DNA of 63,089 bases, the filler included, from Candidatus Woesearchaeota archaeon (GTDB lineage Archaea; Nanobdellota; Nanobdellia; Woesearchaeales; J072): the NCBI GenBank assembly GCA_003695265.1. It is 7 parts of 7 records of this genome, joined end to end, with 100 filler letters (N's around TTAATTAATTAA, not from the genome) between each part and the next. Parts side by side here need not be neighbours in the genome. Positions count along the whole stretch, not along the records: positions 10,322 to 30,045 come from RFII01000066.1; 6 more parts are not named here. One strand, given 5' to 3'. This document shows positions 17,566 through 27,064 of this stretch, piece after piece; within the stretch, counting starts at the first letter, position 1, and each line of letters opens with the position of its first letter. The position numbers and the translations under genes are program-made. The notes under the pieces were generated by a model. That model saw only the letters and a program-made list of their open reading frames with translations, did not search any database and had not been told where the DNA came from.

Positions 17566-19752
17566 TTAATAATAAACTGGGCGTGGGTAATAATTCCTGT
17601 CATAAGGTAGTTCTACCTCATTAATCTCGTCTAAATCACTTAAGTCGTTCATCTTCACGTATTTAGCTGAGATTGTGTAAAGCACGTTATCCATATACAA
17701 AGACCTTCTTACCGCGCTCGGGCTGCCCCAATAATACTGGTCATCCTCTTCTCCGTGAGATATCTTGCCTTTCTTCCTGAACCCATTCTCAGTCACTTCA
17801 AACACATAAGCGCCCTGCCATACTCTGTTCCTGTAATAGCCTCTTTCACCATCATAATAGCGGCCCTTTACTTCCCTTATTGGAATCACCAGAAGGTTCT
17901 TTTCCTTGTCAAACAGGAATGCCTTGTGGTCTCTTAGCGCTTCTGAGTCTGTTCCTGCCTCTCCTATCTCATACTTGTCAATTTGTTCTGGATTCTCAAC
18001 ATCTGAAACGTCAAATAATGCGAGCTTTACCCCTCTTATTGATGTTCCTCCCCACTGGTTCGTGCCTGTTTCTTTTCCAACACCAATTATATGGTTCTCA
18101 TCATAAGGGTGCAGGTAGTCGGAATAACCCGGAATCTTTAATTTGCCGAGAATCTCAGGGTTTTCCGGGTCTGACAGGTCTATAACAAACAACGGGTCGA
18201 CTCTTTTGAATGTCACCATGTAAAGCCTGTCGCCAATGAACCTTGTTGAGTAGATTCTTTCTCCGGGCGCGATGTCTTCTATGCTCCCAACAATATCAAG
18301 GTCTTTGTTCATAATGTAAACATTGTTGTAAGTTTCGCTGCCGCCACTTCTCGTCCATATACTCATAGTAGTTGCAACCCTGAAATAATCTCCATGCTCG
18401 TCCATTGAGAACTGGTTAAGGAGGCTTCCCGGCACTTCTCCCTTTGCCTCGTATTCAATCATACCATCATCAATCGCAATCTTGTGGATAACTGTCTTCC
18501 TTCTCTCCTTCTCAAATTTTAGGTCGTACTCTTGGACTGCTTTCATCATTTCTTCTATAAAGTCTTCTTTGTCATCCTCGTCCATTTCATTGTACATGTC
18601 CTGCAGCACGCTCGAGATTTTGTCCCACTGCTCATAAGAATTTAAGCTCTCATCTTCTGATATGTCATTAATCTTTTTCTGGATGTCGCGCGGAAGCAAA
18701 GGCAGCACAACATCGTAAAACCTTTCCTTATTGTAATTCTGAGTGTACCACATTGGGAAATTCTTCTGGTAAGTTATGTAAATGTTGTTTTTTGAGACGT
18801 ACATGTTATTGGAGTAACCAAGCATGTAAGTTTTTGCATCAGCCTCATCCTCATCCTGAATGTTTATAGAAGCTATTGTGTGGAACATGTACTGGTCTTC
18901 TGGATTGTCAAAATAGTAAACTTCCGGTCTGATTATTGTTTTGCCTGACTCTTTTAAGACAGGCATGTCAACAAAGTGGCTGTAATAATAAACGTTTTCC
19001 TTTGTTATAAAATACACGTAGTCTCCTATCATTCTTGACTGAAAGTACGCTCCTTTTAATGTGAAGTCCGCCACCAAGTCAGGATCAGACCTGTCTGAAA
19101 TGTCATAAATGTAAGCGTGGGTTTCTTGGGTGTACCTTGGTCTTGGAATAATGTCAAACTCCTGGAACACAAGAACATTCTCATTATCCTGCGAGAAAAC
19201 AACCAGTCTGTCCCCATTCACGAAAAGGTTTTTCGGTTGGCCTTTAATCTCAGTCTCTGAAACGATTTCAGCGTTTTCTGCAGGGTAAGCATCAATTATC
19301 ACTAATTTGTTCCCGCTCAAAGTGTAAATGTATTTTCCATCATTTTTCACAATGTCTGCCTCATCAACTCCTTCAACCTGGACGTTTGTCTCTGAGTATT
19401 CAGAAGCTCCAGCACCTGCTCCTAAGCTTTTCTCCATCATCGGAGCTCCAGCAACCATATTCATTGATGCTTCTATCACATCGCCGCGCATCATCCCAGA
19501 GTCATAACCATAACCCGTTACTGGCTGGTTTCGGCTCAAGAATTCTGCAAGCTCAGCAGCAGAGCTGAACTTCCTTAATTCCTGCGTTCCGTTTAATTCA
19601 TCCTGAGAAAGTGGGGGCTCTCCTTTTCCTGATATTTGCGGGAGCCGTGGAGGCTTAGGGTGTTCTGTCTGTGAAGGTTTTACATCTATTGTGCAGGCGC
19701 TAAGCAATAAGATCCCTATCATCAAGATTGTTAGCATGATTCTCATAATCAT
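17566..19752 (-). CDS. Secreted beta-propeller domain lipoprotein
   Basis: LSAC lipobox; TNVQVEGVDEADIVK, NQFSMDE, GERIYSTRF, LKIPGYSDYLHP. Confidence 0.85.
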   Translation of the reverse strand: MIMRIMLTILMIGILLLSACTIDVKPSQTEHPKPPRLPQISGKGEPPLSQDELNGTQELRKFSSAAELAEFLSRNQPVTGYGYDSGMMRGDVIEASMNMVAGAPMMEKSLGAGAGASEYSETNVQVEGVDEADIVKNDGKYIYTLSGNKLVIIDAYPAENAEIVSETEIKGQPKNLFVNGDRLVVFSQDNENVLVFQEFDIIPRPRYTQETHAYIYDISDRSDPDLVADFTLKGAYFQSRMIGDYVYFITKENVYYYSHFVDMPVLKESGKTIIRPEVYYFDNPEDQYMFHTIASINIQDEDEADAKTYMLGYSNNMYVSKNNIYITYQKNFPMWYTQNYNKERFYDVVLPLLPRDIQKKINDISEDESLNSYEQWDKISSVLQDMYNEMDEDDKEDFIEEMMKAVQEYDLKFEKERRKTVIHKIAIDDGMIEYEAKGEVPGSLLNQFSMDEHGDYFRVATTMSIWTRSGGSETYNNVYIMNKDLDIVGSIEDIAPGERIYSTRFIGDRLYMVTFKRVDPLFVIDLSDPENPEILGKLKIPGYSDYLHPYDENHIIGVGKETGTNQWGGTSIRGVKLALFDVSDVENPEQIDKYEIGEAGTDSEALRDHKAFLFDKEKNLLVIPIREVKGRYYDGERGYYRNRVWQGAYVFEVTENGFRKKGKISHGEEDDQYYWGSPSAVRRSLYMDNVLYTISAKYVKMNDLSDLDEINEVELPYDRNYYPRPVYY

Positions 19753-19838
19753 TCACCTCGTTTTTTTGTAAGATGATCATATATAAATATTTGGCTAAGA
19801 GTTTTATTTGAGTTGAAGTTATTAAGCTTTTGTTATTG

Positions 19839-19940
19839 GGGTTAAGTCAACTTTGTTAAGATAACAAATTATAAAGATTTTTTTAGTCCCGCCCACACCA
19901 CCTCCACACCACCAAAGATTTCTCACTTAAGACAGCACCT
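19839..19940 (+). repeat. Dispersed intergenic element, copy C
   Basis: GGGTTAAGTCAA...TTTTTTAGTCCCGCCCACACCACCTCCACACCACCAAAGATTTCTCACTTAAGACAGCACCT. Confidence 0.9.
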
Positions 19941-20034
19941 GCCCTCAGGGAAAATTGTGTTTAATTAAGTGGGGGTTCAAGGGGGCTCTGCCCCATTGTA
20001 AAGTTTTATAAAACATTATTCCTTACTTCCAAAT

Positions 20035-21138
20035 ATGGAGCCATTAATTGTCGGCGTTGATCCTGGAACAACCGTAGGCTATGCTGTGCTTAACCTGAAA
20101 GGAGAGCCATTAGAAGTCAGGTCATTAAAGAATATTTCATTACCTAAGCTTTTAGAGAAGATAATAATGCACGGCCATCCGGTTGTTGTTGCTACTGACA
20201 AAAAAAGCGTTCCGAGCTTTGTTGAGAAAGTGGCTAATAGCGTGGGAGCCAGGATAATACGCCCTTTTGAGGACCTTTTGGTGAAAGAAAAAAAGCAGAT
20301 GACTAAAGGCTTTTCTTTCAGGGACTCTCACCAGATGGATGCACTGGCTTCTGCGTTGTTTGCGTTTCAGGAATTATCTCCATTAATTTCAAAGATTGAC
20401 AAGTTCATAAAAGACAACAAGCTGAGCAATATTTCTGACGATCTTAAGAGCGTTGTTTTGCGCGAGCAGATTAGCATAAGAAAGGCTTTGGATCGCCTGC
20501 AAATGCCGGAAGCCGGAAAAAAAGAGAAGGTTATTGTCAAAGTAAAGGTTGGCGATAAGGAATATGAGGAGCTTAAGAAAAAAATAAGCCAACTGGAGAG
20601 AGATAATGAGCTGCTGAGAAGGCAGAACGCTGAGCTGCAGAAAAAAAGGGAAAAAATAGTGGTGAAGACATCTGTAAAAGATGTTGGAAGGCAAAAGCTT
20701 GCCTCAAAGGAGAAGACAATACAAGCTCTCAGCATGAAGAACAAGAAGCAGTGGGCTCAGATAAAGGAGCTGCAGCGCAAAGTAAAGCACTTGACAGGCA
20801 TTCTTGAAAACCTGGAAGGCAACATTTTGGTTAAACGAATCCAAACCTTGAGCATGAGCGAGGTTAAAAATGTGAAAAGAGAGAACATCCTTTACGTTGA
20901 CCACCCTTCTGTTTTCAGCAGAAGCGGCTTGGCTTATTTGAGAAACGTCGAACTGATAATAACAAAAGACAAGGCTCCTTCCGAGCTGAAGAAAATCTTC
21001 ACTTTTATTAATGCTAACGAGCTTTTTCTGAGAGAATCAGAGAAATTTGTTCTGGTTGACTCAAAAAGCCTTGAAAAAGCCAGAAGAAGAGTGAATATCT
21101 TAGACAAGGTTTTGCAGGAATTCAGGAAAATTGAATAA
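20035..21138 (+). CDS. DUF460 family protein (RNase H-fold plus coiled coil)
   Basis: IVGVDPGTTVG, VVATD, HQMDALASA, long coiled coil. Confidence 0.85.
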   Translation: MEPLIVGVDPGTTVGYAVLNLKGEPLEVRSLKNISLPKLLEKIIMHGHPVVVATDKKSVPSFVEKVANSVGARIIRPFEDLLVKEKKQMTKGFSFRDSHQMDALASALFAFQELSPLISKIDKFIKDNKLSNISDDLKSVVLREQISIRKALDRLQMPEAGKKEKVIVKVKVGDKEYEELKKKISQLERDNELLRRQNAELQKKREKIVVKTSVKDVGRQKLASKEKTIQALSMKNKKQWAQIKELQRKVKHLTGILENLEGNILVKRIQTLSMSEVKNVKRENILYVDHPSVFSRSGLAYLRNVELIITKDKAPSELKKIFTFINANELFLRESEKFVLVDSKSLEKARRRVNILDKVLQEFRKIE

Positions 21139-21139
21139 A

Positions 21140-22030
21140 TTAAACAACGTAAAGTCCCTTATACCCGACAACAGTAACTTTTTGGCCGACCTTTAGCCTT
21201 TTCTGGTTTTTTGTCGGCGTGCTTTGAAATGTTTCAGGGTCGAGCACTTCGAGCTTCGGGTAAACTTTCGAGACTGTTGTCTTGACTTTCTCAAGAATCT
21301 CGTAATCGCCGTAGCTGAAAACAATTCTCTTCTTAGTCCTCAAGTTTCTTCCAATGACTTTCTTGCTCAGCTTCTCAACCATTACAGGGCTGTTTTTCAC
21401 AACAAGCACATCACTCACGTGGAATTCAGGAAACCTTATCACAGCATTCAGCCTGTAAATGTTTTTGCTTGTCAGGTAATCCCTCGAGTAAAGGTGGGAG
21501 TTTATCTTTACTGTGCCGCCGTACTTGGACTGCACCTGGTAAACAAAGTTTTTTAGGAACTTGCTGTCGCTGAAGTAAAAGTCAAATCCGTTGACGACCT
21601 CGTTTTTCCTGTTAATATAGATCCCTCTCTTGTTCATTTTTGTTTCCTGCTGCCTTATGAACGACATTACCTCCTTGTAAGGGTTTCTGATTTGAAGTAT
21701 GCCTTCATAGTACTGGCTGTTTCTTTTGCGGCAGTTATGGCACAAAGTAACCTTTACAGTAACCTTAATCTTCTTTTTGTCGCCTTTAATGTCAATCTTT
21801 TTCTCAAGCCCCGGCTTCAAGGGAATGTTCTCCATTATCTTCGCGTCTGTCTTCGTTATTTTCCTTATAAGCTCCTTTATAGAATTAAAATGAATCCACC
21901 TATTCTTGGAGAAATACTTCCTGCACTCGCAGACAGTAATGCTTACATCTTTTACAGGCGTTTTCGGCTTGCACTTAGAGCACAGAGCGCCTGTCTTGTT
22001 CTTCTTCCCGCATTTCGGGCAAAATTTCAT
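21140..22030 (-). CDS. NMD3-like ribosome biogenesis protein
   Basis: FCPKCG...CSKC, CHNC, YYEGILQIR, QVLDP-like EVLDPETF. Confidence 0.85.
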   Translation of the reverse strand: MKFCPKCGKKNKTGALCSKCKPKTPVKDVSITVCECRKYFSKNRWIHFNSIKELIRKITKTDAKIMENIPLKPGLEKKIDIKGDKKKIKVTVKVTLCHNCRKRNSQYYEGILQIRNPYKEVMSFIRQQETKMNKRGIYINRKNEVVNGFDFYFSDSKFLKNFVYQVQSKYGGTVKINSHLYSRDYLTSKNIYRLNAVIRFPEFHVSDVLVVKNSPVMVEKLSKKVIGRNLRTKKRIVFSYGDYEILEKVKTTVSKVYPKLEVLDPETFQSTPTKNQKRLKVGQKVTVVGYKGLYVV

Positions 22031-22112
22031 CTTTTTAGTAAGGGAAAGAGTTAAAGTATAAATATTTTTTTCTGTAGAAAAGGTTATATACCATCAATTC
22101 TTATAACAATCT

Positions 22113-22697
22113 ATGAGGGGTGTTTTAATCATCTTTGCCAAGAATCCTGACACTGAGAGCGTTAAGACAAGGCTTGGAAGGGATATTGGCAAAAAAAGGG
22201 CAAAGAAAATATACACTAAAATACTTAACAAGCTCATAAGAACCAACAGGAACCAGGATTACAGGCTCGTAGTGTATTCTTACGGCGACCCTGAATATTT
22301 CTTGAAGTATGGTATCAAGGTAAAGCAGCAGAAAGGCCTTGACTTGGGGGAAAGGATGCTTAATGCTTTTAGGGAAGAGCTCAAAATATCATCAAAGGCA
22401 GTGCTCATAGGCTCTGACATACCAACCATTGGAAGGAAAAAGGTTTCTGAGGCTTTCAGAATTCTTGAAGATTGTGATGTTGTGCTCGGCCCCGCCCTTG
22501 ACGGCGGCTATTACCTCGTCGGTATGAAAAAGCCATTGAACATTTTCAGCCTTGACATGTGGAGCCACAGCAACGTTCTCGCTGACACCATAAAGCTCAT
22601 TGAGGAAAACAAGTATTCCTATGCGCTCCTCGAGGAAATGAGGGACATTGACACAGCACAGGACTTGGAATATTACACAAAAATCGGAATCTTGTAA
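22113..22697 (+). CDS. GT-A glycosyltransferase, TIGR04282-like
   Basis: IFAK.P...VKTRL, QKGLDLGERM, IGSDIP, LGPALDGGYYLVG, DIDT..DL. Confidence 0.88.
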   Translation: MRGVLIIFAKNPDTESVKTRLGRDIGKKRAKKIYTKILNKLIRTNRNQDYRLVVYSYGDPEYFLKYGIKVKQQKGLDLGERMLNAFREELKISSKAVLIGSDIPTIGRKKVSEAFRILEDCDVVLGPALDGGYYLVGMKKPLNIFSLDMWSHSNVLADTIKLIEENKYSYALLEEMRDIDTAQDLEYYTKIGIL

Positions 22698-22720
22698 AGT
22701 GTTTAAAAACGCTCTTTTAA

Positions 22721-22825
22721 GGGTTAAGCCATTCCTTATGTGTTTGGAACATTATTAAATTTTTTTAGTCCCGCCCGCACCACCTCCACACCACCAAAGA
22801 TTTCTCACTTAAGTTGACAACACCT
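22721..22825 (+). repeat. Dispersed intergenic element, copy D
   Basis: Near-identical to copy C from the T tract through ACTTAAG. Confidence 0.9.
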
Positions 22826-22866
22826 TTTCCCTAAAAAGTTTATAAATTGAAAAAGGATAATGGTTC

Positions 22867-23961
22867 ATGATGATATTGGGCATTAGTCATATAAAAGAAG
22901 GCCTGCGCTTTGCAAAAAGGGCTCTGAAGCCAGGATTCAGGAAGTACAAGGGAAACGCAGAGGAAATCTGCAGGCAAATAGTTAGGGATTGCTGGAACGG
23001 CTCGTACTTTCAGGTGAGTGCGGGCCACTTCACAGGATTCTACATGAGGGACTTCGGGTGGTGCGCTGAAAGCCTTTTGAAGCTCGGCTACAAGGATAAA
23101 GTCAGGAAAACTTTGGCAAATGTTCTTATGATTTACAAAGGCCAAGGCAGATTAACAACTATGATAACACCTGAAAAAAAAGCTGTTGATGTTTTTGCAA
23201 TATCACCGGACACGATTGCTTACCTGTTCAGGAGCTTAAGGCTGGCAAAGGCAAGAGAGCTTGTCAGAGAGCACGAAGACTTTTTGGCTGAGCAGGTTAA
23301 TTACTATTTTTCAAAATGCTTTGACACTGAGAGAGGCATGATAAAAACAGGAGTGAGTTTATCATCGATGAAAGACCACTTAAGAAGAGAGTCATCAACG
23401 TACAATAACTGCATGATAGCAATGCTCTCAACAGACATTGATTATTTCAAGATGCCAAACCCTTTCAGAGAATTTGACATAAAGAAGAATATTAAAGAAA
23501 ACTTATGGAATGATGAGGGAGGGTTCTTCTATGATGATCTTAGGAGATTAAATTATGTTGCTGGAGACGCGAACGTATTCCCCTTCTTTTGCGGAGTGTT
23601 TGACAGTAAAAAAATTTTGAGGAGATGCATTGGTGTGATAAGGCGTGAAGGCTTAGACAAACCGTTTCCTCTGAAGTACACGAAATTCAGGCTGAAAAAG
23701 TATGAAATAGCTCCTGTAAAATGGCTTACTCCGAATTATGAGGGAACATCGATTTGGAGTCATATGGCAATGCCTTACATTAAGCTAGTTAAGAAAATTG
23801 ATTTGGACCTTTACAAGAAATACAAGGAAGCTTATTCTAAGATAATAGAAAAGCATGGCAATTACTTAGAAGTGTTCGAGCCTAACGGCAGGCCGTACAA
23901 AAGGCTGCTTTACAAAACAGATGAGTCAATGCTTTGGGCGGCAAACTACTTGACTTTGTGA
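22867..23961 (+). CDS. Six-hairpin glycosidase-like protein
   Basis: YMRDF motif and YEGTSIW; (alpha/alpha)6 GH-like pattern is inferred. Confidence 0.6.
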   Translation: MMILGISHIKEGLRFAKRALKPGFRKYKGNAEEICRQIVRDCWNGSYFQVSAGHFTGFYMRDFGWCAESLLKLGYKDKVRKTLANVLMIYKGQGRLTTMITPEKKAVDVFAISPDTIAYLFRSLRLAKARELVREHEDFLAEQVNYYFSKCFDTERGMIKTGVSLSSMKDHLRRESSTYNNCMIAMLSTDIDYFKMPNPFREFDIKKNIKENLWNDEGGFFYDDLRRLNYVAGDANVFPFFCGVFDSKKILRRCIGVIRREGLDKPFPLKYTKFRLKKYEIAPVKWLTPNYEGTSIWSHMAMPYIKLVKKIDLDLYKKYKEAYSKIIEKHGNYLEVFEPNGRPYKRLLYKTDESMLWAANYLTL

Positions 23962-25529
23962 TCTTTTGGGTAGTCTTTCAGGCTTACCTGGCCTTTCCTT
24001 TTTTTCTCCTTTACTTTTATCTTTTCGAAATCTTGGCCTACCTGCTTCTTAATGCTCAGAGCAATTTTTCTGCCGAGAAGCTGCGCCAGCCTTGTCAAGT
24101 CAGCTTTCTTAACGTCAGAAACAGACCTTATTCTGTTGTTGTATAGGATTCTTGCCCTCACGCGACCAATGCCGCGTAGCTTGAGCAGGGCAAACAATTC
24201 CTCTTTTGCGCCGTACTTCACGCGAAACCTCATCTTCTTTATTTCATTCCTTAGATGATGGAAATGCAGCAACATTGCAAGCTCATCCGCCGCGAACAAA
24301 AGCCAGTCAGCAATTTCAAGCTTGGCGCGAAGTTCGCCAGGCCGAATACTGTATTTCTCAAGGAGGAATTCCTCATCTTTCTCATTCACCCATTCGTAGA
24401 ACATCAGCGCTGTTTTTATTGAGTTGATGAATTCCTCATACTCAACATCATACATTGAAGGCTCTCTTACCAGTAATTGCTCATCATACTCAGCCAATTT
24501 TTCCTGCAGCTCGTCATATTCAGCAGCCCTTGCCCTGAGCATAGGCCTCATTTCAAGAGTGTTAGTTATCAGGTGAAGTAGGGGAAAATCATAGAGTCCT
24601 TTTGAAGAGGCCTTTCTCAAGCCCGTTATTATTTGAAAGGCTGTTACTGGGTCAAGGTAAAGCTCTGAAACCCTTTTTCCGAGAAGCGTCGGCCTCAAAG
24701 TCTCGCTGCCCAAGCTGTCTGCTGATACAAAGTCTTCTTTGGCTGCGCTTTTTATGAATTCGTACTCTTCAAGCTGCCCAAGCACTTTCTCAACAATCAG
24801 CTTTATTTTTTCCATGTCTTTAAACTGGTGAGCCCAAAAAGTCTTTTCCAGAAATGTCACGAGGCTGTTTTTATCCTTTACGATTCCTGTGACGATTAAT
24901 GAGAGCACGCAGGTCCGCAGGATTGGATCAGCAGCAAGTTTTGAGAATATGTTTTCCGGCTTCCCACGAATATATTTTTCAACGAGTTTTTCTTTTTCCG
25001 CGTCTGTTTTCGCGATTAAAATTGCTTCGCCGTAACTGTCGAAGTTCGGCCTTCCAGCGCGGCCTGCCTGCTGCATATACTCCAAAACAGGAATGTCCTG
25101 CATCCCCCACCTGCCGCCGTAGCGGTGCACGTCCCTGATTATTGAGCGAAAGGCAGGCAGGTCAACCCCAAATGCCAGAGTTGGTGTGCAACAAATTATT
25201 TTTATAACGCCTTTCCTGAAATTCTCTTCTATGAGTTCGCGCTGCTTCGCGACAAGACCTGAGTGATGATATGCAATTCCTTTCTTAACGCACCTTGCGA
25301 GGCGCTCGCACTGCTTTGTCGGAGTTGGCAAGGCTCCCAATATCTCATCAGAAATTTTCAGCAGAATTTTATCAGAAGAACTGATTTTTTTTGAAATGTC
25401 CTCAGCTAATTTCTCTGCTCCCCTCTTCGTGTTGACAAAGACAAGCGCCTGTTTTTTCTTCTTTAAGGTATCTAACGCTAGGTTTATTGGAGGGTTGTCA
25501 GTTAAATGAGGAATAACCAAGGAATTCAT
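23946..25529 (-). CDS. hel308: Hel308/Ski2-like helicase, C-terminal part only (RecA2, WH, ratchet, HhH)
   Basis: LVFVNTKR, YHHSGL, TPTLAFGVDLPA, QQAGRAGRP, RVSELYLDP, GIGRVRAR; no Walker A or DExH. Confidence 0.85.
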   Translation of the reverse strand: MNSLVIPHLTDNPPINLALDTLKKKKQALVFVNTKRGAEKLAEDISKKISSSDKILLKISDEILGALPTPTKQCERLARCVKKGIAYHHSGLVAKQRELIEENFRKGVIKIICCTPTLAFGVDLPAFRSIIRDVHRYGGRWGMQDIPVLEYMQQAGRAGRPNFDSYGEAILIAKTDAEKEKLVEKYIRGKPENIFSKLAADPILRTCVLSLIVTGIVKDKNSLVTFLEKTFWAHQFKDMEKIKLIVEKVLGQLEEYEFIKSAAKEDFVSADSLGSETLRPTLLGKRVSELYLDPVTAFQIITGLRKASSKGLYDFPLLHLITNTLEMRPMLRARAAEYDELQEKLAEYDEQLLVREPSMYDVEYEEFINSIKTALMFYEWVNEKDEEFLLEKYSIRPGELRAKLEIADWLLFAADELAMLLHFHHLRNEIKKMRFRVKYGAKEELFALLKLRGIGRVRARILYNNRIRSVSDVKKADLTRLAQLLGRKIALSIKKQVGQDFEKIKVKEKKRKGQVSLKDYPKDHKVK

Positions 25530-25675
25530 TATGTAAAAGAAACAGTCATATTTTATAGGGTTTTTGACAATACTCCAGAAAAACAAATAGATTTAAATAT
25601 TAGTTCTCACTCTTCAGTGCTAAAATAATAGTTCCCCCAGGGGTTTCTTTAGGGGTTGATTTAGGGATTAAAGCA

Positions 25676-27064
25676 ATGATACCACCTTTCAAAATAAAAT
25701 CTGTAGAGCCTATCAGACTGCTACCAAAATCTGAAAGAATAAAAAGGATTAAGAGAGCAGGCTATAATATTTTCAAGCTCAGGGCGAGCAGCATTTTCAT
25801 AGACCTTCTTACAGACTCAGGAACAGGAGCGATGTCACAAGAGCAGTGGTCTGCAATGATGAAAGGTGATGAAAGCTATGCCGGCTCTGAAAGCTTCTTC
25901 AGGTTTGAGAAAGCAGTAAAAGAAGTTCTCGGATTTCCCTTTGTGGTTCCATGCCACCAAGGAAGAGGAGCGGAAAGGGTTTTTGACAGGGTAATGATCA
26001 AGGCCGGTCAAGCAGTTCCGGGAAACACGCATTTTGACACAACAAAAGCTCATATTGAGTATCGGAAGGGAAAAGCAGTTGACTGCACAATAAGCGAGGC
26101 TTTTGACCCGGAAACAGATCACCCTTTTAAGGGGAATGTTGACTTAAAAAAATTAGAATTCAGCTTAAAAAATGATGATGTCGCGTACGTGCTTTTAACG
26201 TGCACATGCAACAGCATTGGCGGCCAGCCCGTTTCAATGGCAAACATAAAGGCTGTCAGCAGACTAGCAAGAAAATACAAGAAGCCCTTATTCATGGATG
26301 GGGCAAGGTTTGCAGAGAACGCGTTCTTTATAAAGAAAAGAGAAAAAGGCTATGAAAAAAAGAGCGTAAAAACAATTGTTAAAGAAATGACGAGCCACTT
26401 TGACGGCATGCTTATGAGCGCAAAAAAGGACGCTATTGTTAATATTGGAGGATTCATTGCTGTCCGCGACAAAGGGCTTTACGAAAAGCTTTCTCAAATG
26501 GCAATTCTATTTGAGGGCTTCCCAACATACGGCGGCCTTTCAGGCCGGGACATGGAAGCAATCGCGCAAGGACTTTATGAAGGAATTGATGAGGATTATC
26601 TTGAGTACAGGACAAGCCAAGTTAAGTACCTTGCAGAAAAACTGGAATTATTTGGAATACCTGTTCTAAAGCCTGTTGGAGGCCATGCAGTTTACGTTAA
26701 TGGAAAAGAGTTCTTTGATCATATCCCACAATGGCAGTTTCCGTCACAGACTCTTGCAGTTGAGCTGTACGTGGAAGGAGGGATAAGGGCTGTTGAAATT
26801 GGGACTTTGCTGGCTGGAAGAGACCCTGAAACAGGAGAAAACATTTACCCAGAGCTCGACCTTTTAAGACTTACAATTCCCAGGAGAGTTTACACAAAAG
26901 AGCATCTTGACTATGTTGCTGAGTGCCTGAAAAAGGTTTGGGAAAGAAGGGAATCTGTTAAAGGCCTAAAGCTCATACATGAACCAAAAGTCTTAAGGCA
27001 TTTCCAGGCAAGGTTTGAAAGGGCAGAGGACGTAAACTTTGAGAAAAAACTAAGAAAAAAGTGA
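25676..27064 (+). CDS. tnaA: Tryptophanase (PLP beta-eliminating lyase)
   Basis: IDLLTDSG, HQGRGAE, MSAKKD. EIGTLL and LRHF favour tryptophanase over tyrosine phenol-lyase. Confidence 0.85.
   Translation: MIPPFKIKSVEPIRLLPKSERIKRIKRAGYNIFKLRASSIFIDLLTDSGTGAMSQEQWSAMMKGDESYAGSESFFRFEKAVKEVLGFPFVVPCHQGRGAERVFDRVMIKAGQAVPGNTHFDTTKAHIEYRKGKAVDCTISEAFDPETDHPFKGNVDLKKLEFSLKNDDVAYVLLTCTCNSIGGQPVSMANIKAVSRLARKYKKPLFMDGARFAENAFFIKKREKGYEKKSVKTIVKEMTSHFDGMLMSAKKDAIVNIGGFIAVRDKGLYEKLSQMAILFEGFPTYGGLSGRDMEAIAQGLYEGIDEDYLEYRTSQVKYLAEKLELFGIPVLKPVGGHAVYVNGKEFFDHIPQWQFPSQTLAVELYVEGGIRAVEIGTLLAGRDPETGENIYPELDLLRLTIPRRVYTKEHLDYVAECLKKVWERRESVKGLKLIHEPKVLRHFQARFERAEDVNFEKKLRKK

Noticed and set aside
25530..25675. 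Frameshifted N-terminus of Hel308
   Set aside because: The gap is far too short for a RecA domain and holds divergent promoter-like sequences.
25676..27064. Tyrosine phenol-lyase
   Set aside because: Has SAKKD, EIG and LRHF rather than the TPL-type SGKKD, ERG and LRFF.
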